64,000 nt of DNA from Octopus vulgaris (Eukaryota): assembly GCA_951406725.2 (NCBI GenBank), contig OX597815.1, forward strand, positions 79,856,001 through 79,920,000, written 5' to 3'. Under the pieces are notes generated by a model that was not told the DNA's origin, ran no database searches, and saw only the letters and a program-made list of their open reading frames with translations. Both the position numbers and the translations under genes were made by a program. Below, one piece after another: positions 28,383-42,713 of the stretch; the first letter of the stretch is position 1; each line of letters starts with the position of its first letter.

Positions 28383-28649
28383 AAAGAAGTATTTTTAAAT
28401 AATTTTCCGATGTTTCAAAGTTATTTCAATTTTTTTTTTTGCTTTAGTTTGTTTCCTTTCATGAAGTCATTTCGCTATTTAAACTTTGTTTTTGTTATAA
28501 ATGTTTAAAAGTTACGGAGATGTACTTGCATAGCGAGTGACTTGATCTGAGATCGTGCGCTGGAACGAAAACAATTGCAGCGTGGAAGGTGTTTGTAAGC
28601 CATTTAAGAAACACAAAACCGTTAGATTCACTTCAACATTTAAATTTAA

Positions 28650-28700
28650 TTTGTCAAAATATTTTCGTCGCTTTGAGACCGCGACCTGTTCACTGACAAA
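28650..28700 (-). ncRNA. Hammerhead ribozyme candidate with G3:C8 core
   Basis: TTTGTCA-GTGAACA-G-GTCGC(ggtctcaaa)GCGAC-GAAA-ATAT-TT-TGACAAA; 7-bp stem I, 5-bp stem II, palindromic stem III. Confidence 0.7.
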
Positions 28701-28748
28701 ACTTCGTGCTGCATCTGAGCAGCATGGAATTTTGATGCGTCACGGAAT

Positions 28749-28799
28749 TTTGTTAGTGAACAGGTCGCGGTCTCAAAGCGACGAAAATATTTTGACAAA
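28749..28799 (+). ncRNA. Hammerhead ribozyme candidate with G3:C8 core (second arm)
   Basis: Same motif; a C-to-T change in stem I leaves a U-G pair. Confidence 0.7.
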
Positions 28800-29306
28800 T
28801 TAAATTTAAATGTTGAAGTGAATCTAACGGTTTTGCGTGTTTCTTAAATGGCTTATAAACACCTTCCACGCTGCAATTGTTTAAAAGTTATAATTTCATT
28901 AAAAAGTTCATTTACTTTTAGTCGAAACAAATTTAGAGGTGGGGAAAGGGGTTAAACGAATTAGTGCTCAGATTATACCCAACCGTCTTAAATTAGAAAG
29001 TACACATTAGACAATGTAGCTGTATAGAAAAAATAATTATATCAGCCAAAGATCATTACTTTCAGAGATCGAATACCCAAGGGGTTAACTTTGCCTTTCA
29101 TCCTTCCAGTTTCAGAAAAATGAGTTACTAGTGAAGTACGGTGATGAATTTGTGATCTCGCAAAACATCTTAAATGTGAATAGATATATACTATAACAAG
29201 ATATGATGTGTATCACCTAACACATTCTATCTCGTCTTGGGATGTGAAAGAAGTATGAAAGAATCTATTAGTCGAACGTACAAAAGCATACCTTCCTCTC
29301 TCTTTC

Positions 29307-29350
<44 letters not shown>

Positions 29351-30710
29351 GTGGGTAACCTTATTTTTGTGTTTAAATGCTAAAATGTATTGTAAGAGGA
29401 AATGTTTATGTCTGTTTATAAAGTTATCTGATTTTAACCCAATATGTCGGACGTAGTTGAATTATTTAAGATGGCTCTATAAGAATGCAGGTGATAGAGA
29501 TTAAAACAAATCTAATGCCATCTAAAATATAAATTTAATATTTATTGCTTATGGATCCTTGAGCATGTACGGGTAACGAGGCACACTGCTTCTGCTGCCC
29601 GCGTCACTATCGTTGTGTATGCGCATACTATGCTGTCTATGTCAAAAGTCTATGTGGGAAAAAAAGGCACAATATATCGATATAAAGAGGATGCATATAT
29701 GGTACTATGCTGTACTTTTTACTCGGTTTCGACACATCAATGTCTGAAGAATGAGGCAGAATCAGGCAACAGTTTCGTATGTGTGTGTGTGTGTGAAAGA
29801 GAGAGTATATGTACACACATCTGCATATAAGTGCACATGAATGTAAATACACACACTTATAAACATATATATACACACACGTGTGTGTGAGTGTGTATGT
29901 TTGTGTATGTTTGTGTATGTGTGTGTGAGTGCGCGCGCGCGTCTCTATGATACGTTCTGTCCACGAGGGATCGTTTTAAAGCGTAGGGAAAGAATTATGG
30001 GCACCGAATAAATGCTTGTAAATATAAAACAAAAATTTTCTCTCTCGGTGCCGGTTTGTATCCCGTCTACTTTGCCTGCCTGCTTACCTGCCTACCTACC
30101 AACCTATCTCTCTCTCGCTCTCTTTCTTTCTTTCGTTCTTTCTTTCTTTCTCACTCCCTCTATTTTCTTTTTAGTTCTTTAATTAGTTTTAGCTAATACA
30201 GCTAATGCCATAGCAGTGCACTGCCTTTACATTTGAACATTAATTGCCTTCTGTGTCATATTTGCGTATGTCCAATGGTTCAACATGTTTGTTTGGTTTC
30301 TCATTAAGATAACTTTAGCTGATGGATCAACGACTAGGTGGAATCTGCTCAACTCTGGCCGTAGCCTTATCGATTCTACTATTGAAAGATTGAAGAACAC
30401 TACACAAATCACACAAACAATTCTGTGGTAGCACTCCTTTCTCTTACATTAGCCATTTCTTTTAAAGAATGATGTTCTTCTTTCCTTGTAAATAGGTATC
30501 AGAAGCGATTAGTCAGAAATTCCGTTTCGAAGATATTTTAGGAACATTTTTGTAAGAATTTCTTTTTATTCTTTACATTTTTATTTAACTTACATTTGTA
30601 AAAACATACATCAAACTAAAAATGCTGCCACAAACTCTCAGACCTTCTGTGAAATATTTCCTTTGAAAGTCGTGCTCGAAAACGAGCAACACACACACAC
30701 ACACACACAG

Positions 30711-30741
<31 letters not shown>

Positions 30742-32139
30742 TATGTATATAATATATTCATGTCTACATGTATATATATGTGTGTGTATGTGTGTTTGTG
30801 TGTGTGTGTGTATCTCTGTATGTGTGTAGATATGTATGCATATATGTATGTATAATATAGTATATGTATATGCATAAGTTTTTGAAGTTATCCTTGTTTT
30901 GTGTTTGTACAAGGAACGAACGAGAACGATAAAGATTTACAGAATACCAACCAACCGTTCGCTGACGAGCCTACTCCATTTCTTTTTTACTTTACCGGTC
31001 TTCAGATAAAGCAGCACTGTTGTTTTATGTCTAATAGATTTATTCCAGCGTACTGAGCCTGGAGTGTGTATATAGCTTTTATTTTTATGTCGCTGATTTA
31101 TTTATTTATTTTGTTTTTCAAGCCGATTAAGCCTCTTCATGAATATAAAGATTCCAAGTTATGCAGTATTTTACTGCCGAATTCTGAAATTATTTTCGAA
31201 AGAAAGAATTCTATTTTGAAAGTCAATTTGTCATTCAGTCGACTAGAAGTAAGTTCCACATATATAAAACAAGGCAAGATAAAATAAAGAAACGAAAGAA
31301 AAATTACCTCAGACAGAGAAAAATTACAGCGTTTTTTTATTGCTTATTTTTTGTCGTGTTATATTATATAATTAGATGAATATATATAACTTTATCTTTA
31401 TTTTCATTGAGAAATGTTCCTTGCTGATAATTATCTATATATAAGGAAAATAACGAAACAAATAGAATCTCAAATATAAACATAGGAATGACGATGTCAC
31501 TAGCACTTACATACATACAAACATGCATACATACATGCATACATGTATACATGCATAAATACATACATACATGCATACATATATATGTAGGTATTTGTGC
31601 TTGTTTATGTCTGTGTGTAAGTCTGCATATATATATATATGTACATACCTACATGCATACACACACACACATATATGCTTGTAAGTATGTATATATTTCT
31701 GTGAGTATCCATTTGTGTTTGTATCTTGTTCATTGAGTGCATGTGTGGTGATTTGCCTACCTGTTAAATCTTAGAGTGTAAGACAAAACATAAGACAAAC
31801 TTCACTAATGTTAAAAGATCCTACAAAACATATATATTGAGATTCTTATTATTCAGAATTACGTGTGACTTTTGAGGATAGATAAATTCTGCAAAATTCT
31901 GTAGAGACGTCTATCCTAAGAACTGTGATTTACTCTAAAAATATGTTCACAGATGCAGCTATATACAAATAATTATGATACAAATTCCGTAACATCTATT
32001 TGTCTACCGAATGTACCCATGCAATTTCAGTATGTTCTGTCTACCTATTTTACATATTCCATTAGAATAATCCCATTTCTTCTTACTGTTGGCTTGTTGT
32101 CTATCTTCCATTTTATTTCATCCCTCTCTGTTATTTGTT

Positions 32140-33113
32140 TACTAGTTTCCCCAGTACTACTTGGTGATAGTGTGTCTATCAGTTTTATATATACCATTAG
32201 GTGATAGTGTATCTAACAGCAATATAGATACTTTTAGGTCCGGTTTGTCAAACATACGGCCTCTAGTTCAATTTTATACAAAAAATGTTACTTTAAATAT
32301 TCTGTAGAATATGTATCGACGGCATGCGTTCTGAGTCGCAGTCTGACTAAAGCCGTGCTTAATACTGGTTGAAATTAATCAAATAAATGCACTTTAGGCA
32401 ATATTTTGCTTTCTCAATCAACGGGCCAAACATGAGTGTTTCTCTTTCTAGATATATTTACATGTAAGGCGGCGAGCTGGCAGAAACGTTAGCACGCCGA
32501 GCGAAATGCGTAGCCGTATTTCGTCTGCCGTTACGTTCTGAGTTCAAATTCCGCCGAGGTCGACTTTGCCTTTCATCCTTTCGGGGTCGATAAATTAAGT
32601 ATCAGTTACGCATTGGGGTCAATGTAATCGATTTAATCCGTTTGTCTGTCCTTGTTTGTCCTCTCTGTGTTTAGCCCCTTGTGGGCAGTAAAGAAATAGG
32701 TATTTCGTCTGTCTTTATGTTCTGAGTTCAAATTCCAGCGAGGTCGACTTTGCCTTTCATCCTCTTCGAGTTGATAAATTAAATACCGGTTGCGTACTGG
32801 GGTGGATCTAATTGACTGGCCCCTTCCCCAAAAATTTAGGGCCTTGTGCCTAGAGTAGAAACGAGATGTATTACATGTTTGTTGTAATGGATTCTACTGA
32901 TATGAGCAATGCAGAGAGAATTTTGCTGTAGACACAGTATAAGTATTCTTTCAAGCATTGAAGCTAATTGTTTGCTTTCATTTGAACAATTTCTATCTTA
33001 GATCTCGTTCTAAAGACTCCTAAGATAGTCATAGCGTCGTGGTCATTCCCATGTTTCTATTTGAAGTTCTATTTATTTCGTTATTTTCTTTATAGAGCTA
33101 TATATATATATAC

Positions 33114-33158
<45 letters not shown>

Positions 33159-33760
33159 ATGTAGAAGAATTTTCCCACGCATCCTTGTGCACAAACTATA
33201 CTAACATCTCATAATCCTTGTTTTCTCTATTAAATTTAGCCATTTAATTTGAACTCTTTAAGAATATTTATTCCAATCCAGCCAAAGAAATTAAATTTAA
33301 ACTTTAATTCGGTCCACAAAATGACACATACCTATTTGATAATGATGTACGAGTTTCACATATACCAATTATAGTATGTCCACCAGTTTTATTAATATAT
33401 ATTAGGTGTATATACTAGTTTTATATTAGATGCCTACCAGTTTTATAGATATCATCAGGTGATAGAGTGTCTACCAGTTTTCTTGTAACCCTTAGATGAC
33501 AGAGTGCATGTCAGATTTAGAGATCAATAGGTGACTATGTTTGTCAATTTACCGACATTCTTAGAAAATGACGTGTTTCTCAGTTATACTGATATCATTA
33601 GGAGAAAGTGTGTTCACAATATTTTCCATTAAGTGATGTGTCGAACGGTTTAATAGATACCGTTTGGTAATAATATATCTACTAGTTTCATGATATAAAT
33701 TATATGATAGTGTGTTTGTCAGTTGAATGAACCATCAGCTGATAATGTATCTATTAGATT
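32140..33760. repeat. Decayed ~37-bp minisatellite interrupted by a SINE and other insertions
   Basis: Units resembling GGTGATAGTGTGTCTACCAGTTTTATAGATACCATTA at 32163-32240 and repeatedly at 33370-33755. Confidence 0.6.
32467..32860 (+). mobile_element. Dimeric family B SINE
   Basis: Full unit followed by a second unit starting GGTATTTCGTCTG; TSD-like AGAT(A/G)TATT(T)ACATGT. Confidence 0.88.
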
Positions 33761-34024
33761 TGTCCCTCTTCTCAGATTCTTTTGCTGTCTGAAAGTGTCA
33801 TTTCACTCATAATATGCAATTGCCCCGGTCACTTATACTGTAAGAAATTGCTGTTAAAACTCTTTTAAAACCCCTCTTTACAAACTTCTAATATAAGAAG
33901 ATATATTGGGAAATGTAGCCCCTGATATACTTTATAGCATGGCTGTCATAACTTGAATGCTTAGTAAAAGTTGGATCATGAGGGCAGTCCTAACTTACCA
34001 ACAACTGTAACCACAAAAACATGT

Positions 34025-34180
34025 CTCTAACTCACAATGTACATGGAACATCATCTTAAAAGTAAAACAGACAAGCTCAACCTATCAAGAAAGGAAGGAG
34101 GCAGAAGATTGCTAAAAGTAGAAGACACCATTAGTACAGCAATATTGAGTTTGAAAAACTATTTTGTATGTAGCAAAAAC
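34025..34180 (+). pseudogene. Old R4/Dong RT fragment
   Basis: HHLKSKTDKLNLSRKEGGRRLLKVE aligns to HHPKSDIERLYIQGIEGGRGLIQLE of the large copy. Confidence 0.7.
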
Positions 34181-34239
34181 AAAAATATTAATATCGGCGC
34201 TTAACAATTCTGTCAGCTCACTAGGTGTGGCTTATGGTT

Positions 34240-34789
34240 TGATGCAGTACCAAGCAGTGGCTTTCATGGCTTCTGATCTTAACTGATTGGAAGTGTTATC
34301 ATGTACATTGATTTGTCTTGGTATAAAAGATGGGCTACAGCAAATATTCTGCTCAATACCACAGATTTGCTTGTCAGTTGCTTGACCCTAGCCAGTTGAG
34401 TGTGTCACTTAGTGACCGATGACATGTGCATCGCTGATTTCGAGCAGGACTAGTGGGGGAGCATCAGATCCTTGTGTTTAGAGGAATTCTTTGGGGTTTG
34501 CACAATTCACCTCTTGAAACACGGATGCTTCGTTCATCATTCGTAAACAACCCTATTCAGGTACATTTTGAGCCGGATGGGCTACTCAACGTGAAGAAAA
34601 TTCTAACTGGACTCCAAATGCAGGGTCATGCATTGTTTATCTTGATATGAGATCACTATGTCGCGCACATATGGTTGTGATGCATGTACCTGGTGTACCC
34701 TTATCAGACAGGTAGTCATGGTATGTATACTGGGCTTCCAAAATTTGTAGTTCAGTGTCACTTTGACGGCGCCAGTTGCTTTCTCACTT
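34240..34789 (+). mobile_element. ~550-bp (TAA)n-associated repeat, near full length
   Basis: Colinear with 12108-12653; ends in (AAC/AAT)n. Confidence 0.85.
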
Positions 34790-35594
34790 AACAACAATAA
34801 CAACAACAGTAATTTCTATTATAGGTACTAAGACAAAAATTTAAAGAAGGGCAATAGCGGATTGTATCAACCCCAGTATTCTATGAGTACTTTAATTTGT
34901 TAACTTCGTCAAAATATGAACTCAAGACAAAAAAAAGAGCAGAAATAAATTCCGTAAGCTATTTTGTCCGACGCTCTAAGTTATTGCAGTACATTCAGTC
35001 GCTATATTTTCTTCATAAGTTGACATAAACTTAAATATTTTTAAGGAAACCTCTTAGCTGCTTCAATTTTCCGCCTTCTTTTACAACATATCAAGTAATT
35101 ATGTATTAGACTGATTCTAATACAAGGCAAAATTCACACCAAAATCAGTGGGATTTGAACTCAGAATATACTCGAGTGTAATCATCCTATGAAATGAAGA
35201 GCAAAACCAATTCCAGATGAATTCGAACCCAGAAAGTAGAAACAAGAAAACTGTATATTGTAAAGCGTTTAGTTTGCCGCGCTATTGTTTAGATATGTAT
35301 GTGTACCAATGTATTTCGTATCATAGTTATGTTATAGTTATATGATTAGAAGCCGCGTTAGTAGCAGAACCAACGACCACAACAACAGCAACAACAACAA
35401 TTATAGGAGCACTTTTAACAGCAAAATAAATTACTACATTACAGTAATTGTAGTAACAACGGTACAACAACAACAACAACGGTACAACAACAACGGTACA
35501 ACAACAACAACAACAACACTAGCAGCAGCAACAATAATTGAAGCATTTCCAACAATTAACGCTAAAAACAATAAGGACAAGAACAAAAATGACA

Positions 35595-35776
35595 TCCTCC
35601 TCGTCCTCACCATCATTATCATCATCATCGTCGTCGTCGTCGTCGTCGTTGTCGTCGTCGTCGTCGTTGTCGTCGTCGTCGTCGTTGTCGTCGTCGTCGT
35701 CGTCGTCGCCGTAGTCATCGCAGTCGTCGTCATCATCATGATCATCATCATCACCACCACCACCACCACCACCACC

Positions 35777-35860
<84 letters not shown>
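35595..35860. repeat. Compound (TCA)/(TCG)/(CCA)/(ACA) trinucleotide array
   Basis: Direct reading. Confidence 0.95.
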
Positions 35861-35861
<1 letters not shown>

Positions 35862-36289
35862 GAAACAATGTATGCAAGAACAACTAGAGCTATGCAACAA
35901 TACTAACTGCAGTAGCAGCAACAACAGCATCAGCAACGGCATCAGCAGCAGCAGCAGCGACAACAAATTCGACAATAATAAAAACCAGCAATTCCGGCCA
36001 CCGTAACAACAATTGGGTAACAAAAAGAGAAAAGAAATCACAGCCGTTCAAGTTATAATAACAACAACAACAAGAGCAAGAACATCAATAATAATAAGAA
36101 CAATAACAATAATAAGAACAACAACAACAATAACAAATAGGAAAAGCAATGGAAATAGCATCAACAAAGTGAAAAACATTTAATATTGCTATTCCAAATG
36201 CATTTGCATTGTCCTACATGTCCCTTGTTGCATAAAGTTATACACTGCAATTTCTATGCAATGTATATGCACATATACAATTAATACAC

Positions 36290-36297
36290 AAATAGAC

Positions 36298-36342
<45 letters not shown>

Positions 36343-36385
36343 CAAACACACGTTCACGTTTCAATATATATGTATGTACCTTTGA

Positions 36386-36416
<31 letters not shown>

Positions 36417-36871
36417 TATAATATATATATATGTGTGTGTGTGTATATACAAGTATATATGCATGTACATACGTTTATATGTATATACATATGCGTTCAT
36501 ATATAAATTTATATATATTTGTATATACATGTGTACATATATACATTTGAATACGCACATATATCATATATACATATATATTCACACACACACATATACA
36601 TATATGCATACATATACACATATACATACATATATACATACATAACATACACTCATACACATTCATATACATATATATATATGAATTTCTATATATATAT
36701 ATAAATATATATATATACATACATATATATATTTATATATACACTTGTATAATATATATCATATATGCATATATAATACATATTATACCAGTATATATAT
36801 ATACATATATACATAATACATACATACACTATATACATACATATATATATATATATATGCATATATGAGAC

Positions 36872-36903
<32 letters not shown>

Positions 36904-37525
36904 ATGTACACATACATATATATACGTATATTCTGATGCATATACAGACATAGAGTACTTATAGGAATAATATTTTAATATTCTAGAAATCAGTATAGAG
37001 GATCACATCAAACATTACAATTTAATATTAATAGCAATATCCCCCTCTCTCTTTACACTTTTCCCCTTCCTCTAGCTCACTCCTCACTCCTTTAGCCTTT
37101 TCCTTGCTCTCAGTCCCTCTCTCTTTCTTCTCAGTCTTTCTTTATATCTCTTCAACGATCCTCTGCAACCATTCAGTGCAACAATACGCGACCAGTAATG
37201 AGAATATTTGCTTCCGTCTTTGTTGCTTTCTAACGCATACACATGCTCGCTTTTCCATGCCTTCCAGCATCTCTCTCTACACTTCACTCGTTTCCGTTTT
37301 TATGCCATCCGTTCTCTCTCTCTCTCTCTCTCTCTCCCTCCCTCTTTCTCTCTCCCTCTATATATCTCTCTCTCTCTCTGCTATTTCTCTCGGCTCTCTC
37401 TATTATATCTCTTCTATCTTTCACTTGTCAGGTTTTTTTTTTCTACCTAGTCTCTGATTTTCTGATCCTCTCATCTCACCCGCATCTCGCTTTCTCTATG
37501 TCTATCTCTTTTCTCACCATTTCTC

Positions 37526-37558
<33 letters not shown>

Positions 37559-37651
37559 ACAGGCATTTGTACACGTACATACACACATGCGTGTGTGTGT
37601 ATATATATATATATATATGCTTGTATGTATATATATGGGTATATGTGCATA

Positions 37652-37713
<62 letters not shown>

Positions 37714-39257
37714 CACACACATATTTATTCGTTCATCTCATTGGATATATCATTACACAAACACACACACACATACGCGTATACTCTTAATAATGGCAGT
37801 ATTTTCTCTTTTTTTTTATCACTTTGTGTCTTCTCTTTATACTCTCTCTTTTCTCCTAGTATATCATCTATCTCTAACTTTTTGACACATCTGTTTCTTT
37901 ACGTTCATGCATCACCTTCTCTTGTAATCTCTCTGTGTCTAACTGTGAATCCTTTTGTCTCTCTCTCTCTCTCTCTCTCTCGTCTCTACCACCCCCTCAT
38001 TACATATACTCTCTCTTACTCCATATTTGCCGTCATATACCGACTGCAATATTAGACACCTATCCAATTATGAGAAAATTCTTTTCTACTCGAGGCACAA
38101 CGCCCGAAATTTTTGGGGGAAGAGGCCAGTCGATTAGATCCACCCCAGTACGCAACTGGTACTTAATCTATCGAGCCCAGAAGGATGAAAGGTAAAGTCA
38201 ACCTCGTCGGAATTTGAACTGAGAACGTAAAATCAGAGGAAATACCGCTAAGCATTTCGCCCGGCGTGCTAACGTTTCTGCCAGCTCGCCGCCTTCCAAT
38301 TATGAGAATATTATTTATCCTCATTTACAGTCCCTGCATCCTTCCCATCACTCAGTATTTTCCTTCCCCATCTCTGTCTGTCTGTCTGTCTGTTCGTCTC
38401 CATATCAGTTTCTTTGTTTATCGCACACCGTCCGTCCCCTATCTCTCCTCCTTTCCTGTTTGCTATTCTCTTTTTTTTTTTCTCACCCTCATCGCCCTGC
38501 TTTTATCTTTTCTCATTCATTGCAGCAATATCCACTCATACACATCTTAATTATGAGGTCGTATTCTATTTGTCTGTCTGTATATCCATTCGTCTCCCTC
38601 TTTCACACACACACACACACAGAGGCACACGCATGTACATATAAAGGTATAAGTCTATGTATGTATGTGTGTGTGTTTGTGTGTGTCTGTGTCTCTTTCT
38701 TCCTTTTCTCCTTTTTATCTTGTCGCACATGTCACTCTTTCATCTCATTACCTCATACGCTCTCCTACTCTCCCATGTCATTCACTTAAAACACACACGC
38801 ACACACAGACACACACACACATACACACACACGCACGCACACACACACATACACACACACACACACGCACGCACACACACACATACACACTCTCTCACAC
38901 TCATATTTAATAATATGAGGGTTATGTTTGAATGTCGTTACTATTTATTTGTCTGTCTCTCTTCTCTATGTACACACGCACACATACACACACACACGTA
39001 TATAAATGCATACATACGTACATACATACATATATATGCACACACATACACAAATATATGTATATGTATATATATTTGTGTGTTTATAGACACACACACA
39101 CATATCACGTCCATCACTTTCTATCTTTTTTCTCTTCTAACCATTCACGGCCGCGATGACGATGACGATGACGACGACACCAGGCACTACAGATAATCGC
39201 AAGCACATGCATACACATAACCACACAATCAAACACACACACACACACACACACACA

Positions 39258-39308
<51 letters not shown>

Positions 39309-39869
39309 ACACACACACACATACGTACAAACACACACACAAACAATCAAACAAAACAATTGCACACATGCAATTATGGCTTCTGTGTCTCATCATAATC
39401 ATCTTTCTTCGTTAATTTCTCTCTTCCATTCACAGCAGCAGCAACAACAACAACAACAGCAACACCACCACCACCACCACCACCACCACCAACAACAACA
39501 ACAGCACTAGCACAAATACAATAACAATATGCATTCATACCGAGGCACATACAAACATAAGTGCACACATATAAATATATATTCAAACATACACACATAA
39601 TAATCTCGGTGTTATACCTGTCTCTTACTCCCATATCTTTCTTTGTGCAGCTCAACAACAAAAACAACAACAGCGAAATCAACAAAACAACAATTACAAC
39701 TGCAACAACAGCAACAACAACGATAAACACACACACGCACACAATACCGGTTATATTCTCTCACTACCCCCGTCTTTCATTTTATAAATATACAAGTACA
39801 TAAATGCATAAATATGTATGCATGTTTATATGTATATGCGTGTATGTATAATATATATATGTATGTATC

Positions 39870-39963
<94 letters not shown>

Positions 39964-40013
39964 ATACATACATATGCATATATATTTATTTATAATCATA
40001 CATATGTATGTAT

Positions 40014-40058
<45 letters not shown>

Positions 40059-40132
40059 TATATGCATATATATTTATTTATAATCATACATATGTATGTA
40101 TCTATATATATATACATACATATATACATACA

Positions 40133-40165
<33 letters not shown>

Positions 40166-40200
40166 GTATATAAAACACACACATATTTATGCATACACAC
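36290..40200. repeat. Region dominated by degenerate (TA)/(CA)/(CT) microsatellites
   Basis: Direct reading; source of many spurious IYIY/HTHT/CVCV ORFs. Confidence 0.85.
38080..38294 (-). mobile_element. Family B SINE with 14-bp TSD
   Basis: TCCAATTATGAGAA on both sides. Confidence 0.9.
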
Positions 40201-40711
40201 GTGCATACAAACATGCATACAATTATGCATATTTGTCCCTGTCCTCTATCTTTCTCCACTCACTGTGAATACAACAATAAAACAACAACAGCCACAGCAT
40301 AAATCCACGTCACCGTCTCCATCGTCGACAACAACAATGGCGTCGACGACGACGATGACGACGATAACGACGATGACTACGACAACGACAACTTCAACAA
40401 CAAAAGCAATGATATTAACAATAGTAACACCAACAACAACAACAACATAAATATGCATACAGAAAATAATGGCGGGGATATTATTGGCCGAAAGATCGAT
40501 TTACTAAGCAGGTTTCAGAATCGATATTTCCATCTTGCTTAATCATCATACAACACAGTTAGTAACAAGCTTGACGGCAGCCATTAACAACAGGCAAAAT
40601 ACAACACCACACAAAGGGAGGAAAAAAAAAGAAGAAAAAACAACACAATGAAAAAGAAAACTATCTGAAAAATACTAAAATAATGAGCCAATGAGAAGGC
40701 GTCTTATATGA

Positions 40712-40900
40712 TCACTTGATCTTTTAGAAATAGCAGTCAAATCTGTCTCAAATCCCTCCCTGCTGTCATAAAAAATGACTTATTGGATAATGTGGTCCTA
40801 TATACATTATGATGAAAAAAATACAAAATAATAAGCCAAAATAAGCGGAATGGTTATGACTAGAAAGCCTTTGATCATTGGTCTGTGGGTCAAGGGCTGG
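40712..40900 (+). mobile_element. Ancient dispersed repeat (SINE-like family D)
   Basis: TAGAAATAGCAGTCAAATC...TTGGATAATGT...GGTTATGACTAGAA; decayed relatives near 11485-11720, 16540-16690 (minus), 33825-33970 and 53440-53560 (minus). Confidence 0.55.
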
Positions 40901-41578
40901 TCTGAAATATAGAAAAATGACAGCAATTAAAATCATTCTTGTCGGGGAAAGCCGCTTATCTTCACATGCAGGCGCGAATACACACGCACACACTGGCATA
41001 CACTCACACACACGCATACACACATACCAACTATAAACACGTACAGACTGGCTGTTACCAGCATCAGACATGAAACAACAACATTAAAAGCGCCGGTTCG
41101 GTTTGGATTGAACGGTTTAGGTAAAGTGCGTCGTACTAATTGCTTGATGATATTTATAGTTTCTGCCCCAAAACGTTATGAGTTGAAAATATGCCATAGG
41201 CTAAGTTCATCTTTCATCTCTACGATGATAATAAAATATACATCAGTAAGTATTCTTATAAAAAGTTACGTGCTGTCTAGTCAAAACAAACTATTATCGA
41301 TAATGATAAAATTCAGTGATTTCTAATAAATTAACTATTTTGATGAAGGAGTATGTAACCGATTCCATGAAATTGATCTGATTGCTTGACTGATGCTAAC
41401 AAAAAGTAAAGTATGGAAGATTTGAACTTGCAATCGAAGATGACGCAAATAAGGATTATAAGCCATTTTCCCATTGTTTTACAGATTGCTCACGCATCTG
41501 CTTTCATAATAAACCGTTTACTGTTCTTTTTATATTTTGTTTTATGAAGAAGCACAGACGATTACAAGTACTAGTATG

Positions 41579-41873
41579 ATTCAGGAGTGCCAGCTCAGAC
41601 TGTTTGGTCACATTGCTCGATTTTCCGAGTTAGATCTTGCTTACCATGTTCTCTTCAGTGAAGATCCGGTTGGATTGACAGTGACCACGTAGCATGTGGA
41701 TCGGCCACATGCTACATGGTCACGGCAGGTCAGGTGGTATCCCGCGCAGATAGGAACTGACTGGGATTTTGCTCGACAAGTCACCAGGGAGGACCTGGGA
41801 ATTTTATCGACAGATAGTGAATGCAGCAACGAGCTGCAACGGTGTATGGCACCGCATCTGACCTGACCTGATC
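41579..41873 (+). mobile_element. RTE-clade LINE 3' end
   Basis: IQECQLRLFGHIAR...DP.G....RPHATW..Q C-terminal RTE signature followed by a (TGACC)n tail. Confidence 0.75.
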
Positions 41874-41959
41874 TTGTTCATTTTCATTGATTTCAATATA
41901 TTACTGGCCTGACCATAGAGATTTGATCTTTTGTATTGGTTTTAATATTTTTCTTGTCA

Positions 41960-42115
41960 AAATGCTCAGCGACATTTTGTCCATCCTTACGTCTTGAGTT
42001 CAAATTCCGTCTAGGGGGTCGATAAAATAAGTTCCGACTGAGCACTGAGGTCGATTACACTGACCTACCCCGTCCCCAAGAGCTTGCTGGTCTTGTGCCA
42101 AAATTTGAAACTAAT
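41960..42115 (+). mobile_element. Degenerate family B SINE with internal deletion
   Basis: GAGTTCAAATTCC...GGGGTCGATAAAATAAG...CTTGTGCCAAAATTTGAAAC. Confidence 0.7.
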
Positions 42116-42657
42116 ATATTACTGCTATTTATTTAAATCAAATCACATAATTAATTATCATATAGTGGTACAATGAATGGTTGGATTGTTCGATGTGAAC
42201 AATACCAAAACTATAGTCGTTCTTGCTTTTGAATTCTACTATTTTATTCGTTGATCATATTTCCCTGCTGGCTAACCATTGCGCTCACTTGTATTCCGCA
42301 GAAAGTATGTTGGATGACTGCGAGTCAGCTGGTAAATACTTCTCAGCCATTTCACATATCGTGGGTCAACTTCCCAAAATTCTGTTAGTGGTATTTGGGG
42401 ATGGTGTTTGTCAATGTCAGTTCAGGTTAATTTACAAAGGCAGTGCAGTCAATTATTACAGTATTAGTATGCTAGTGTCACTGCTACAACTTGTACGTTA
42501 GTATAAGTGGTGCATACTTGGGTTGTAATGGGAAGAAAATTGAGAGTTATTCGAACAACTTAACTCGCGGTGAAAACTTTGAGCTTTACAATATAGAACT
42601 GAAATTGCTATAAAGTTGCTTTCATTACAATATACACAGTTTTGCTAACTGTTTTAA

Positions 42658-42678
42658 TCTATATATATAAAACTGAGA

Positions 42679-42713
<35 letters not shown>

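Larger units (their letters stand above)
28515..28877. mobile_element. Foldback non-coding element (~140-bp arms) with 13-bp TSD, carrying two variant hammerheads
   Basis: 28569-28708 is inverted at 28741-28882; TGTTTAAAAGTTA at 28502-28514 and 28878-28890. Confidence 0.85.

Noticed and set aside
29238-29258. TGGGATGTGAAAGAAGTATG resembling miR-1
   Set aside because: Seed mismatch, an extra base and no matching star arm.
29712-29750. Minus-strand GACA/TGTC-GAAA-CCGAG-TA hammerhead half
   Set aside because: The upstream core reads TTCTTCA, not CUGANGA.
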